Source of the DNA: Callorhinchus milii
Taxonomy: Eukaryota
Direction: 5' to 3'
Assembly (NCBI RefSeq): GCF_018977255.1
Contig: NW_024704743.1
Location: forward strand, 73,224,001-73,288,000
Length of the DNA: 64,000 nt
The notes below the pieces were generated by a model that searched no databases, was not told where the DNA came from, and saw only the letters and a list, made by a program, of their open reading frames with translations. The position numbers were made by a program, and so were the translations under genes. Numbering within the stretch: the first letter of the stretch is position 1; each line of letters opens with the position of its first letter. Below, one piece after another: positions 22,954 to 36,912 of this stretch.

Positions 22954-23935
22954 GGTGTCAGCCTGGCTCAGTTGATAGCACTCTTGACTCTGAGTTAAGA
23001 GGGTTATGCGTTTAAGCCGCACATGGGGACTTTGAATGTCTAGACAACAACAACAACTACTACTTGGATTTATATAGCGCCCTCCATGCCGGACTGCGTC
23101 TCAGAGCGCTTCACAGTAATGGATCCCGGGGCCAAGCCAGGGGGAGGGGGAGGAAGGTGACCAAAGGCGCGGTCTAAAAGAAAGGTCTTCAGCCGAGACC
23201 TGAAAATAGGAAGAGAGGGGACGAGGCGAAGGGAGTGAGGAAGGAAGTTCCAGAGCCTCAGGGTGTAGTGGCTGAAGGCACGGACCCCGATGGTGAAGCG
23301 GAGGATTCGGGGGACAAGGAGGAGGCCAGACCCGGTGGAGCGAAGGCAACGGGCACTGTTGTGAGGAGAGAGGAGGTCAGAGAGATAGGGAGGTGCAGAA
23401 GAGTGGAGGGATTTGAAGACAAGAGTGAGGATCTGGAAGTCGATCCTCTCTGGGACAGGCAGCCAGTGCAGTCTGGCAAGGACTGGGGTAATCGGGGAGT
23501 GAAGTTTGGTGCGGGTAAGAATGCAGGCAGCAGAGTTTTGGATGACCTGGATTTTATGAATGGTAGTGGAGGGGAGACCAGCGAGGAGGGCATTTGAATA
23601 GTCCAGCCGAGAGGTGACAAAGGCACGGACCAGACACTTCAGTGCAGTGCTTGACTATCCTGCATTGTTGGAGGTGTTGTCTTTCAAATGAGATGTTAAA
23701 CTAAGGTCCTGTCTGTCTGCTTCAGTGGATGTTAAAGATTCCCTGACACTATTTGAAAAGGGAATTTCTCCCAGTGTCCTGGTCCACAATCTCCCAAATA
23801 AAATTGACTCACTCTTCATGGCTGTTTGGTGGGATATTGCTGTGCAAATTGGCTGCCTCATTCACCTACAAATATACAGTCACTTTGAGATGCCTTGACA
23901 ATGTGATAAGGCACTATATCAAGTGGAAGTATTAT
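22954..23935 (+). mobile_element. SacSINE1-like DeuSINE split by an L2 (22954-23045 and 23634-23935)
   Basis: Head gtgtcagcctggctcagttgatagcactc; Deu domain ggtgttgtctttcaaatgagatgttaaactaaggtcc...aaagattccctgacactatttg; tail. Confidence 0.82.
23046..23633 (-). mobile_element. L2 3' fragment (second tail family)
   Basis: Closely similar to 11767-12390 and to 52240-53019. Confidence 0.93.
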
Positions 23936-24869
23936 CGTTATCTTTCCCCTTTCCACTCTCTTCAGCTCCTATCCCCTAGCTCAAAGCCCAGCCAGCAACA
24001 TGAGCACTTTGAGACATCCTCCTGGAGTGAAAGGTGGTATGTGAATGTAAATTGCATTGAAAGCTTGTGAACTTTTTACTAACTTTTACATCTTTAATAA
24101 GGATATGATAGAACAGAGCAACAGATTGTTTATTTATTATTCACACCTAATTATAACAGAACACCATTTTCCTAAGATAGATATAATTTGAACACAACTA
24201 CGCTGCATGAGTTAACTTTGAGAACATCTCCCAAAAGACTTCAGAACTCACAGTCATTTTAAATTAGAGTCTCTGTAGTTTCCTGATGTTCTCATAGTTC
24301 TCTCTCTGCTATTGATCTTGTCAACCAGCTAGATGAATCTGGAATTGCTGCTGTGCTTTTTTTTAATCCTCAGTCTACACAAAAGATTTATATATTTACA
24401 AAAGCATGACACACATCAACGCCAGGTTCTCAAGCAAAGAATTCTGATTTGTTCCTTCTGCATGTATTAGCTGCACCATAGATATTTCAAGGCCAGTGTG
24501 ATTTGGATGGATGGTGTTGGAGGTGGGTAGGGGGTGGGATATCAGGATTATTTTTTTGCAAACATGACCTTATTTTTACTATTTAATACCCTGGTAGAGG
24601 ATGCCTATAACCAGGCTTATTTCTGGATTCGAAACATTATCCTACGTGAAGTGTGCCATATAAATGCAAGTTGTTCTTATTGTTGGATCCAAGTGTACAT
24701 CAAACAGATATTAAGAATAGTCTCTGTATCCGGACCAATCTAAGGAGCCCTTCAATATAGTACTCAACAGAATACTACAGAGTATTACACAGAAATAAGT
24801 TCTGTTTACTGCATTCTCCACAGTATAGAAATTCACCAGAGCATCATTCTCTCTCTGGATGAAAAGGCT

Positions 24870-25295
24870 ATGGTTGGCAATGGAATGCTGGAATCCAGTT
24901 CTTCCTCTATGGCGATTTTGGTGGTCTGGTTCCTGAGCCAGGAATTTCCACAATACTCTAGGCCACTACAGTTGACAGCCCAGCCAGCTTGGCTCATCAG
25001 CGGGAACTGGAGGGGGGACTAGTCACTGGAGACAGGGATTATTTCCACTCAGCTCCCATTAACTCTGCAAGCTAAAGCTCTAACAGCTAACCTAGCTGGA
25101 CAAGCAACAGGATACTTGACAAATGGTGTTTTCAATAGCAAGTGATGCACTTTTAGCTGGTTAAATTCCATTTGTATCCCAATACTTGGGTTTCCAAGCC
25201 TTTACCTGATACTCTACAGAATTACGTAAGCATGAGAGGGTGCACATTCTATTCCAGACATGAGGAAGTTTCCATTTGTAGATACATATGTCAGT
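24870..25295. repeat. Unclassified interspersed repeat (long-inverted-arm family)
   Basis: Collinear with the reverse complement of 43600-44015 (ttggcaatggaat, ctgcaagc-aaagc, ggacaagca, gctggtta, tttcca-tgtag). Confidence 0.7.
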
Positions 25296-25307
25296 CTCTG
25301 TCTAGTT

Positions 25308-25968
25308 TCTTCCGTAACATTGCCCGACTCCGCCACTACCTCACCCTTCAGGCCGCTGAAACTCTTGTTCATGCCTTCATCACCTCAGGGCTCGATTATG
25401 CAAACGCCCTGCTTGTCGGCCTTCCCAACTTCTCCCTCCACAGGCTGCAGATAATCCAGAACTCTGCAGTCCATGTCCTCTCCTGCACCAAACTCCGTGA
25501 CCCCATCTCCCCCACTCTCGCCCGACTCCACTGGCTCCTTATGCTTCAGAGGATCCAGTTCAAGATCCTGGTCCTCACATACAAAGCCCTCCATGGCCTC
25601 GCCCCACCTACCTCTGCGACCTCCTAATCCCCTACCAAACCGCCCGCTCCCTCCGCTCAGCCGGCTCCGGCCTGCTCCACGTCCCCCGACCCACCCGCCC
25701 CACCATTGGCAAGAGAGCCTTCAGCTACTCTGCCCCCAACCTCTGGAATTCCATCCCCCAATCACTCTGCCTCGCCCCCTCTTTAGCCTCCTTCAAGTCC
25801 TGCCTCAAAACCCTCATCTTCGACCATGCCATCGGTCACTCCCCTTCCCCTCCCCTCCCTTTTTCATCCCTGACCCCAGCTCGGGTCTGAAATGCTGTAC
25901 ACTGTCCAGCGCCCTGGGATGTCCTCCCGACGTGAAAGGCTATACAAATGTAATCTTGTTGTTGTTGT
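25308..25968 (+). mobile_element. L2 3' fragment
   Basis: NIARLRHYLT, HAFITSGLDY and (TTG)n tail. Confidence 0.93.
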
Positions 25969-26647
25969 AGTTTCGATGCTCTTAAGCACAATGATGGATT
26001 TCTGTATGTGTCAGAAACCCAGATGACCAAAAAGAAAACCTGAGCATGGCAGTGTACTGTAATATACTGATGTCATGATGCCAGGAAGAAGGAAATGTAC
26101 AACTCAATCCAATCTGTGTGAAATATCATCTCACACTTCACAACCTATTAATATAGGAAAAAAAGAGCATAATTTACAATCATTGTAGCGCTCTGCCAAG
26201 AAACAATATGACTTAATGGGGTTACTGTAATTTTCACTTTGACAAGGATTACTAGGGTATTAAGAACCAGTGGTGTTTCTTTATTATAATAGACATGGGG
26301 ATTGATTTCTTAGTCATGTGAATGTCACCATGTTCTGAATCAATGGAAGTCGGTGTCCTCAGATTACATCAAGTCCATTCTCTGCTTTGGTTTTAACTTT
26401 GGTCAGTGCCCTGAATTGATTTTAGGATAACCAAGAGTTAGAACCTACGCCTAGAGCTTGGTGATATCTCACCCATGGATTTGTTTTGAGCCTGCAGTTT
26501 ATTGTTAAAGTGACCAGTTTGTCCACTGAGTAAAATCTCAGTACTATTATCTCTGCTATGGCTGTTTTATATATATATATTATATATATACTCTCTTATT
26601 TCTATATACATATATATAATATATGTATACTCAAGGAAAGAATACAA

Positions 26648-26744
26648 AGCCTAGATTTTGTATTCAAATTCATGACATTGAGCTTGAACCCACAACCTTC
26701 TGACCGAGAGGCAAAAGTACTTACCAACTGAGTCAGGCTGACAC
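26648..26744 (-). mobile_element. SacSINE1-like head fragment
   Basis: cttgaacccacaaccttctgac...ccaactgagtcaggctgacac. Confidence 0.7.
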
Positions 26745-27319
26745 CTTAGCAAGTTGAAAGATGAAAACATTTATTATTTCAATTAACTTTTAATTCTGAT
26801 AATGGTGTCCACCGATAGAATAATTATGATTTTGTAGCATTATTAACATTGTCCAAAAGAATTGCAATGTGTAAAACAAACCACTCTTGATTGATTTGCC
26901 CATTTCTGGTGATAAAAAAGATATAACTAAAATAAGGTTACAAGTCTTTGAAGTCCTCCGTGCAATGAGGCCCAGTTGTATGCAAGGTAATATAACATTT
27001 TGTCTGCTATGTCAAAGGTCAATAAGTGCTAGTTTATCGATGGTAAATGAGATGTCCAGCCATTCACAAATTTGAGCGTAAAGTTTCAAACTATATTATA
27101 TACTATTGAAATAAATATACATTTATTTAGAGGTTATTTTCCCCCTTAACTTATTTTAAGGGGAATTCCAATCAGATTTGTGTATTATATTGTTTCCGAG
27201 ATGCATAGAACCAATGCAACCTGTATCATTTAACCTCCTTTGTCACTGAAGCTGGTGTTATGGGGAACAGTTCCATCTAGACACCCAAACCTAAGCAAAC
27301 AAACATTTCAGATTACTAT

Positions 27320-27660
27320 ATAATAATAATCCTTGCAGTTGATATAAAATCTAGGCCATTGAGAACATTTCTGAGGCCTTCACAAGGTCTCTGTGATGTT
27401 TAGAAGATATGTATTTGTAGACAAAGGCAGCAGCCAATTTTCACATGGCAATAGTCCACGGACAGCCACAAATTGAATGACCAACTGTATTTGGAGGATT
27501 ATTGACCAGAATACTTGGAGAAACTCCATTCTCATTTCAAATTGTGTCACAAGATCTGTAAAGTCCACCTAGACAGATAGTTTAGGATAAATGACTTGGT
27601 CGTCCAGCACTGCACTGGAGTGTCAACCTAAACTATAAGCTATAATGCGTGGATGCGTGT
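27320..27660 (-). mobile_element. Degenerate SacSINE1-like DeuSINE
   Basis: Tail, gcagccaattt-caca and cactgcactggagtgtcaacct. Confidence 0.65.
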
Positions 27661-27788
27661 TTTTGAAGAAACAATTGACAGCAACCATGGCTGGTGACTA
27701 AAACAATCAACTTTCATTACAACTAACTCTAACTAGCTGAACCAAGTGTAGAGAAAGCCCATCGTAAGGGTCATCAGCACTCTTACCT

Positions 27789-28094
27789 GGAGTCCTGTAG
27801 CTCAGTGGTTAGAGCACTCGCTTTGCAAGTGAGAGACCTGGGTTCAATTCCAGGCAGGGCGAAACCTTGGGCAAGTTTCCTTACTCCACACAGAGCCTAA
27901 TAATAATCCCTCCAAAACCCAAAACAATAATAAATTGGTTATTTTCAATCTACGACTGTTTGTGGGACATTGCTGTGCGCAATTGGCTGCCGCATTCGCC
28001 CACAAATATACAGTCAATTCACTTTACAGTGTGTTCTGTGAAGCGCTTTGGGACGTCCTCCAGACGTGAAAAGCGCTATATCAAATGCAAGGAT
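27789..28094 (+). mobile_element. tRNA-derived SINE, short subfamily
   Basis: Full-length copy. Confidence 0.94.
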
Positions 28095-28154
28095 ATATTT
28101 TATACCTGTTCCGCCCTAGACATAGTGTTCCCGCACTTCGATTCGGTCCCTTAT

Positions 28155-28476
28155 AACAATAACAATAATAATAATCCTTGAATATGGTATAGTGCTTTTC
28201 ACGTCTTCTAGACATCTCAAAGCGCTTCACAGAATATACTGTAAAGTGAATTGACTGCATTTTTGTGGGCGAAACGCAGCAGCCAACTGCACACAGCAGT
28301 GTCCCACAAACAGTCGTGGATTGAAGTGACCAATTTTATTATTGTTTTCTTTTCTTGAGGAATTATTATTGAGCGTGTGGAGTAAGGAAACTTGCCCAAG
28401 GCTTCTGCCTGCCAGGAATCAAACCCAGGTCTCTCATTGTGAGTCGAGTGCTCCAACCACTGATCTACAGGACTCC
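28155..28476 (-). mobile_element. tRNA-derived SINE, short form
   Basis: Full-length reverse complement. Confidence 0.92.
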
Positions 28477-28719
28477 ATGACAGGACTTATACCTGTCCCC
28501 CTTGTCATTCAAACAGGTCCTCCGTGCTGGGAAGGCTCCCAGGTCATTCCCTCACTCAGCCTAACCCCAGAGTTCCTGAAGTTGATGTCTATGTGATATT
28601 GTACCATTCCCTGCTGCCATGCTTCACAAACTCCAGTTTGGGGATGCAATCCCCACTTTCCTTACCAGTGGGCTAGTTCCGCCCAATTTCGCCTGACCCC
28701 ATTTCCCCACTTCATTTAC

Positions 28720-28809
28720 CTTGTTGAAAGTCTCTGCAGTGAAACTTCAATGTGCACATGTGATGGTGTTGTCATGATAATCTGGACAACATTATCAATG
28801 ATAGTGTTT
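28720..28809 (-). CDS. Putative exon 3 of the uncharacterised minus-strand gene
   Basis: tattacag| ... AAG|gtaaat, 90 nt. Only the phase 2 to 2 frame is open: NTIIDNVVQIIMTTPSHVHIEVSLQRLST. Confidence 0.55.
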
Positions 28810-29460
28810 CTGTAATACATGTTAATGCACTTCTGCAGCCTGAGACACCGTTTATTATTTAACTCCGCTGAGTGGTAGAAAATATTTTTTAATAGTGTTT
28901 GACTTGCCATAGATTTCCTTGATACTCCCCTCGCTTTGGGAAAGGAATGACAACAGCAATAAAAAATGAGACAATAGCTAGGGTTGTCACCTTTTTCATT
29001 GAAGGAAAATGCCCTGGGGGAGTGGTGTGGGGGGGAGATTCTGGAATATGAATTAGGCCAGAGAACTGAAGTGGGGGCTGGGCTCAGTTTGACAATTGTT
29101 CTCTTTCACTGAGCACCTCTTTCTTTACCCAATTTGTTCATTTACCCTTCACATATGCTTCATGCCCTTCACTCCACTCTGTCACTCCTACCCTCATCCT
29201 TGTTATGTCCAATCACACTACTTTTCCAATTATTACCCTTCAATCAATTTTGTCCTTACCCTCTGTTCCTCTGCCCCACCCATGCCGCCTCTTACTAAGA
29301 CCTCTCTTTCTCTCTTGGCCCTCCTGATGTTTGGTTTCTCTTCCTTCTTGGAGTTACAACTCTCCCTGACTTGCTCCAGCAGATCTTAGTTCTCCTGAGT
29401 GGGGAACTCTCCAATGGAGCCTGGACATGCTGCTAATGTGCTAATTGTGATACAGTTCAC

Positions 29461-29871
29461 CCACACTTTGCCCCCTTCCACCACCCATAATGGAGAAGGA
29501 GATCAATTTTATCACAATCCTGGATTAAGTTAATATATTTTTTTAATTCTGAATAGTCTTGTTTTTTTTTGCCCAGGAAAATAAGTTTTGAAGCTGTTTT
29601 GCTATTTGTTAGCTCACTTCTATTGAGAAAAAGTATTCTTTCCTTTCCCTCTCTCCACAGGGATTTCACCATGCCAGAGCTATTAAATTGTGGCCTCTCT
29701 TTCAAGGATGAATATTTTGACATTTCAGACCCTTTGCTTGAAGAAACCCTTTCCTTTAAGGAAGCTGTCAATGCTGTGGAAAAGTTCCCTCTTGTGGGTG
29801 AATGTATAATAGTAAACTGGTCAGTAATGCTGTATGAGGTGCCGCCGGAGACTGTTTGAGTGACCACTGCC
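29461..29871 (-). CDS. Putative exon 2 of the uncharacterised minus-strand gene
   Basis: 411-nt open frame (ORF track 29457..29867) between ctacag| and GG|gtgaac, phase 2 to 2. Reads AVVTQTVSGGTSYS...DLLLHYGWWKGAKC with sequons NFS, NSS, NRS. The acceptor pyrimidine tract is weak. Confidence 0.55.
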
Positions 29872-30790
29872 CTGTAGTATTTTGTGTTAATGATTTGTTT
29901 GAAAATGTATTTTTTATGACTAATGCTGAATGCTTTTACACATACACAATGGACTTTGAACCATTTTTAATGCTGATTAAGATTACATCACTAATTTAAT
30001 GTACAATTTCACCTTTGTCTCTAAAACCCAATACATATTACAAATAAAAACAGAGAATTTAACTTATCAAGAGATACTGCATATTTTCTACGTGTCTTTG
30101 AAACAACGCAATGCTTTTACTTGGATCAAATAAAATACCTCAGCAGTGGTAGTGTCGAACAGGAATCTTTGCCCAAATACTGAACAGAAGCTTTGGCTTA
30201 GCATTACTTTATAAGGTGCGGATCCATGTATTTATGGAACATTTGTGAAATGACAGCAGATTTGCATAATGAACAGTGCAATTTATTCCTGCAGTGCTTA
30301 TATTATGTACCTAAAGTGTGCAGCCTTGATTAAATCCATAATGTTCTTTTTATTTAGAACTTTACTGACATAATAATGATCGTTCTTGTGCATTTAAATG
30401 ATATGAATAATTCCTGCAACAATCCAGGACACATACAGCAGTGCTGGCAGACTGCTGAGGAAATAGTATGATAAGCTTGATTTTTCAAGAGTTTGACTGA
30501 ACAGTGACTTTTGTGTTTGGCCGACATCCTTCATTCACGTTGTACTGGATATTTATTGCAATTCATTTGTGAAGCATTACATCTTCCTTAATCAACATGA
30601 GGTTTTGGCTGTGTTAACAATGACAACACGATTAGTAATTCTTGCTGTGCTGGATCATTTTTGATAGCATTTCACGCTTAGGTTATCTTTTCAAATAAAA
30701 TATGCAAGATTCCTCTCCCATTCCCGGATTCACTTTAGCCATGTGCAGCAGCTGCTTTCGGCTAGCCTGTTCCCAAGTGGCTCTGCTTAC

Positions 30791-30819
30791 AGCAAATGAA
30801 ACAATTCAGTTAAATGCAT
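30791..30819 (-). CDS. Putative exon 1 of an uncharacterised minus-strand gene (start of signal peptide)
   Basis: AACATG (A at -3), then M-H-L-T-E-L-F-H-L plus CT and donor gtaagc (phase 2). Splices in frame to 29871 giving MHLTELFHLLAVVTQTVSG. Confidence 0.5.
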
Positions 30820-30848
30820 GTTACTGAGGAGAATGGCAGTAAGACGAT

Positions 30849-30879
30849 AAAGTGATTGTTCTGTTTCCTCCTCTTTATA
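30849..30879 (-). promoter_or_regulatory. TATA box plus Inr for the minus-strand gene
   Basis: Minus-strand TATAAAG at 30879-30873 and Inr-like TCACTTT with A at 30853 (26 nt spacing), 34 nt upstream of ATG 30819. Confidence 0.45.
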
Positions 30880-31842
<963 letters not shown>

Positions 31843-34156
31843 TAAAATAGCTCATCTTGTCTGTGTAAAATGTGCTCTTTAGAAATTAGATGGCCTCGGC
31901 GGGCACTGTTTAACTCTTGTGAATTGAAGCAATGTGATTTTTTTGAATGGGATGCACTGTGTTCAGTAATTTTAAAAGTCTGCAAGCATGTGCTGCAATG
32001 TAAATGCTGGCAGAGTATTTGGGTGGTGGGGGGAGTTAAAGCAGCCAAGTGCTTTGAGGGGTTTAAATAGATCAGGAGTTAACTGATGAAATGTTGATTC
32101 AGTTATTTGGAACTGCTGGCTCATTGCACCTCTCTATATATAGAACTGGGTTGTGATTAAATATTAAACTTTTTTTTACAAAGCAATCGTACCAATGCAT
32201 TTACAAGTGATGTATGCTGTATTAACACCCTGTTTTTTAATCATTATACCTTGAGATGCAAATGTGATTTCACAAAAAAAACATGGTGGAAAGCTCAGTT
32301 CACATTATCTATGGCTTTACCAATATCCTGCGTTAAAACAGAATGATTGGAGAGCGGTCCCTTTCAGATTGCACCTGTTAGAAGACAATTGGGGGGTTCT
32401 GCATATTTTGCAGAGGTGTCCGAACTTGCTTGAGCCCCTAAATAACATTGTTTTTTGCTCTCCGTAAAATATATGGATGTGGGACCCGTCGGGGGAAATG
32501 CTGAGTTCTTATCAAGAGTTTTGTCCTCAGCAGAAAGTCTTTTTTAAAAAAACCTTTGCATTTGCCTGACATTGTGATTTGTGAATGCAAAACTCACTTG
32601 AAAACTAGATATCTCTGTGTTTCCCTGACTTCATAAACATGAATTTATATATATATATATTTGTATAGTAAGAAAGCACCATAGTGAATTAGGAAAATGA
32701 ATATGAAACAAAGCTGGAAATAAGATGCAGTGTGCCCTTCTTACAATAATAAAATACAGTTCAATTGAATTCAGAAAGGTACCTTACAAATGGTTATATA
32801 ATAGCTGATGCAGTCATGCAAGTCTGTTTGTTTCATTCCTAGTGTCAGATTATATTATATTACATCTGCAGAAAGATTAATTGTGATACAGAAGTTATAA
32901 TTGTTGAAAATTGGCCCAGATACTTCGCACTTGTCGATGTCTAAAATGTGGAAGTAATGGATTAGTCAGCGTGAGATTAGCATCTCACTTTAGATGCTTT
33001 ATTGTCAGTGTAAATGTGTGTGAATAGCCTTGCAGCTGTGAAGCATGTTTGATGTGAGATTGTTCTGGGAGTCATTATGATGCAGTTTGTAACCGTGCTC
33101 CCTTTATATTGCTACCATCCCATTGATGCAATTATTTAGAAATGATCTTTTCAGTTTTTGTTGACTGAGCTCTTGTGCCATTTAGGCGGATTAAATGTGT
33201 AAGTAAGATAGTTGCAAACTCTTCTCATTTCTATTTCCAGATGTGCTAAAATGAAAGCATCCTAAACCCTTCAAGGATTAATTGTGCTTCAGAGCTTTCA
33301 AAATATATGCCAGCTTCCTATTGTATTAACAATTGCAATAATAATAATTTGTCCATTTGAAAAAGATGGATATTTATAAAACTGTGTTTGAGAAATGCAA
33401 TATTTTATTTAACCCTATTTGAAAAAACATAGAAATGTATTTTTATGTATTATTTTCTAAAGAGTAGCTTTTCAATGTAGAAAGCAATAGCAGAAATTTC
33501 CATTATAATTAACAAATAACATCACCAGTTAGCTAGATGGGGATTATTTGTATTTAAACTCTCCAGACATAAAAGATTTTATTAGTTGTATAATGTACAG
33601 GTGTCATTTTTTTATTAGAAACTAAAATCATAGTATCACTGATGATGATACAAATAATGTTTAAATAATAAGAAGGGTTAATCCTAATCCTAAATGTTTT
33701 TATTTTGGATCGCATAAATAGTTATTTGCTCTTAATGCCTGTCACTTACTTAACCCTTTCTGTCTCTGTGTGTTGTGTTGTTCGTCAGCACTCCAGGTAA
33801 ACAAACATACATCTTGGGAATTAATTACCTTACTTAGGGAAAGCACTTCACATCCAAGTTTGGTCAGTAATGCTATAATTATTCTGCCAGGAGCAGCAAC
33901 CCAGATCTATTCTTCCTACTCCATGGTAATTTCAAACACCAATTATCTATTTTTTGGTGTTTCCCATATGTTCACTTTGTCACAAGACCAGCTCTCTAAT
34001 AACATTAAAAGTCCATGTTGAAAGTTTCTGGTTCAGGAGTTTTGAATAGACCTCGGCGAAAGTACCCAGTGCAATTCACACTTGCTTTATTAATGCTACA
34101 TGAATGCTCATTGCCAGTGCTCCTGAAATCACTTCCTTCAGCTGGTATTAACTTGT

Positions 34157-34466
34157 GGAATCCTGTAGATCAGTGGTTAGAGTATTCACCTCGCAAGCGA
34201 GAGGCCTGGGTTCGATTACCGGCAGGGCGAAACCTTGGGCAAATTTCCTTACTTCACACACCCGATAATAATCTCACAAGAAAAGAAAACAATAATAAAA
34301 TTGGTCACTTCAATCCACGACTGTTTGTGGGACACTGCTGTGTGCAATTGGCTGCCGTGTTTCACCCACAAATATGCAGTCAATTCACTTTACAATATAT
34401 TCTGTGAAGCGCTTTAGACTCGAAGACGTGAAAAGCGCTGTATCAAAATGCAAGGATTATTATTAT
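34157..34466 (+). mobile_element. tRNA-derived SINE, short form
   Basis: Full-length copy. Confidence 0.92.
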
Positions 34467-36524
34467 TTTGTTATCAAGAATGTGCTTTGTGCTGACTGAA
34501 ATCCTGACTTCATATTTGCTGTCAGATCAGAGCCAAGATCTTGACAATTTTGCACCAAACATGCAGTATAAACACAGCTGTAGGTCTGAGCCTGAATAGA
34601 ATAAAGCCCAATACACAAGGTTAGAAATGATGGTCAAGAACTCCTTTCAGAAGTTGCAATAAGCCTAGACTGTATATCTGTGACAAACATACATGTATGA
34701 ATTTCGTATTTTGTACTTCTCTTAAAAGAATATGCATATGGTTTTCCTTTATAGCTTTTCCATTGCTATTGACTCGCCACCTCCATGTATCTTAGAAGTG
34801 TAAGGATTATTATTATCCTACAGGCAGAATTCTTCAGGAATAAACACAGCATTAGAAAAGATCTTCTCTGTAGGCGAAGTTCTTCTCCATGGAGGGGTGA
34901 AGGCTCATGTGGAGTATAAACATCTGCACAGACTGGTTGTCAATTTGCCTGTTTCGGTGTTGCACAATCTACGTAATAATAATTCTTGCATTTGATATAA
35001 CAACTGAGGCATCTCAAAGCATGTCACAGGATGTGAAGTGCAGTGACTCTGTATTTGTAGGCGAACATATTTGAACGCAGCAATGTCCCACCAACAGCTA
35101 TGAGATTGTTGGTCAGGACACCTTGGTGTTGGTGCTTTTACAGCGACTGGCTGTCAACAGCACATGCTTGTCAATAATTCTTCTCATCCATTTATCCTTC
35201 CATATTATTAATTCTTCGCCTACAGATATGTAGTGACCATACACTCCAGTAAAAAAANCTTGAGAAGCTTCTTGAGAATTCCTCCAGGCATGAAAGGTAT
35301 ATTGAATGCAAGTATTACTTTTATTATTACTATTATTATTATTACTATTATTATACCTGCACTCTCCTCCAGCAGCTTATACACCTGCAAACCAGTTTAT
35401 TTTTTCCTGCTAGAATGCAAAGGGTTAGTTGGAAAATCTGTCAAAGTTTTCCTTGGAATAATCCATTTTCAGGGTATGTGACATTAAGACGGATCATCAA
35501 GTTGCCAATTAGTTTCTTGATGTTGTTGCAGTGCGACATTACTTATTCCACACCCTTGTTGGATATGAGGGTCACTGTGAGCCTCACATACTAACCTGGT
35601 CAAAGGTGTCATTTCTTCAGCACTCAGTACTGCTTCAGTTAAGTTATTCTAACCTCCAAAACAAACTTCATCCTCAAACAACCAAGTTGAGTTGTGAAGG
35701 GAGGTTTTGTTGCCTGTAGATAGCTAATATTGTGTGTGATGCTGCCATATACAGTGTTGTCTCACTGTAAAATCTGGCTGTTATATTGATCCTCTACTTT
35801 CCAGCTAGTATGCCATTTTAATTCCCTCTATTGTTCTTGATATTGTAGCAATATCAAGCAAGAAACATAAATAAAGTTGTGATTGATGCACTGTATTTAC
35901 AATGCATATTTTTGATTCACATAAAAAAGTTACAGTAATTCAGAGTCCACCAATTGTTCAGTCCAGGTCGGCATTTTGTTTGTTTGGGTTAGGGATATTA
36001 ACAATTCAGTCCCCACGCACACCATCTCCACACACAGTCGTAAGACAGTGCACCATACAATGATGCACATAGTGGATTCCCTGGGACATCTGCCTCCAGT
36101 CCTCTCCCATAGCATTTCAGAAGGCCCAGCGAACCAAAAATTAAAGTTGTCATTAAAAAATATATAAAAACTAACTTTATTGAAAATGTATCACCAGAAT
36201 TGCACATTAAGCAAATCTATTTGAGTGTGCCACATAAGACACAAGCTGAAAGGAATGAGGAATACAATTAATTCCGTCAAGTGAGTTTGGACGAGTTTGA
36301 CTTTAACCTAAAGTTATTTGCATTGTCAGCCTGGCTAGAATTGGCAGATCTTTTGCCTCTGAGTTAGAAGTTGTGAGTTTATGCCCCACATTGGACTTTG
36401 AATTTATATAGTCTAGGCTGACAGTGTTCGGGTTACCTTGATTGTCAGAGCTTATAGAATTAGATTTGCATAACAGCGTGATGAGGTGTGCTTCACTGCG
36501 AGATAGTTAAAGGAATTTAGGAAT

Positions 36525-36912
36525 GGAGTTCTTTTGTATCATAGCTGAGTGGTTAGACTACTCACCTCTCAAGCAAGAAGACCTGGGTTCGATTCCCGGA
36601 CAGGGCAAAACGTTAGGCAAGTTTCCTTACTCCACATGCCTCTGTTTACCTAGCAATAAGTAGGAACCCAGTTGTTAGCCGATTAGCTAACTTCTCTGGG
36701 GTGAATAATCCCTTCAGAAAAAATAAATAATAATAATTTGGTCACTCAACCCACAACTGTTTCTGTGGGACACTGCTGTGCGCAATTGGCTGCTGTGTTT
36801 CACCCACAAAATACACAGTCAATTCACTTTGAAATATATTCTGTGAAGAGTTTTGAGACATCTCAAAGACGTAATAAGGAATTATATCAAATGCAAGGAT
36901 TATTATTATATT
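36525..36912 (+). mobile_element. tRNA-derived SINE, long subfamily
   Basis: Head, extra block, body and tail. Confidence 0.9.

Noticed and set aside
26473..26562. Minus-strand candidate exon with GG|gtgaga donor
   Set aside because: Two frames are open, the acceptor lacks a pyrimidine tract, and the exit phase does not fit the next exon found.
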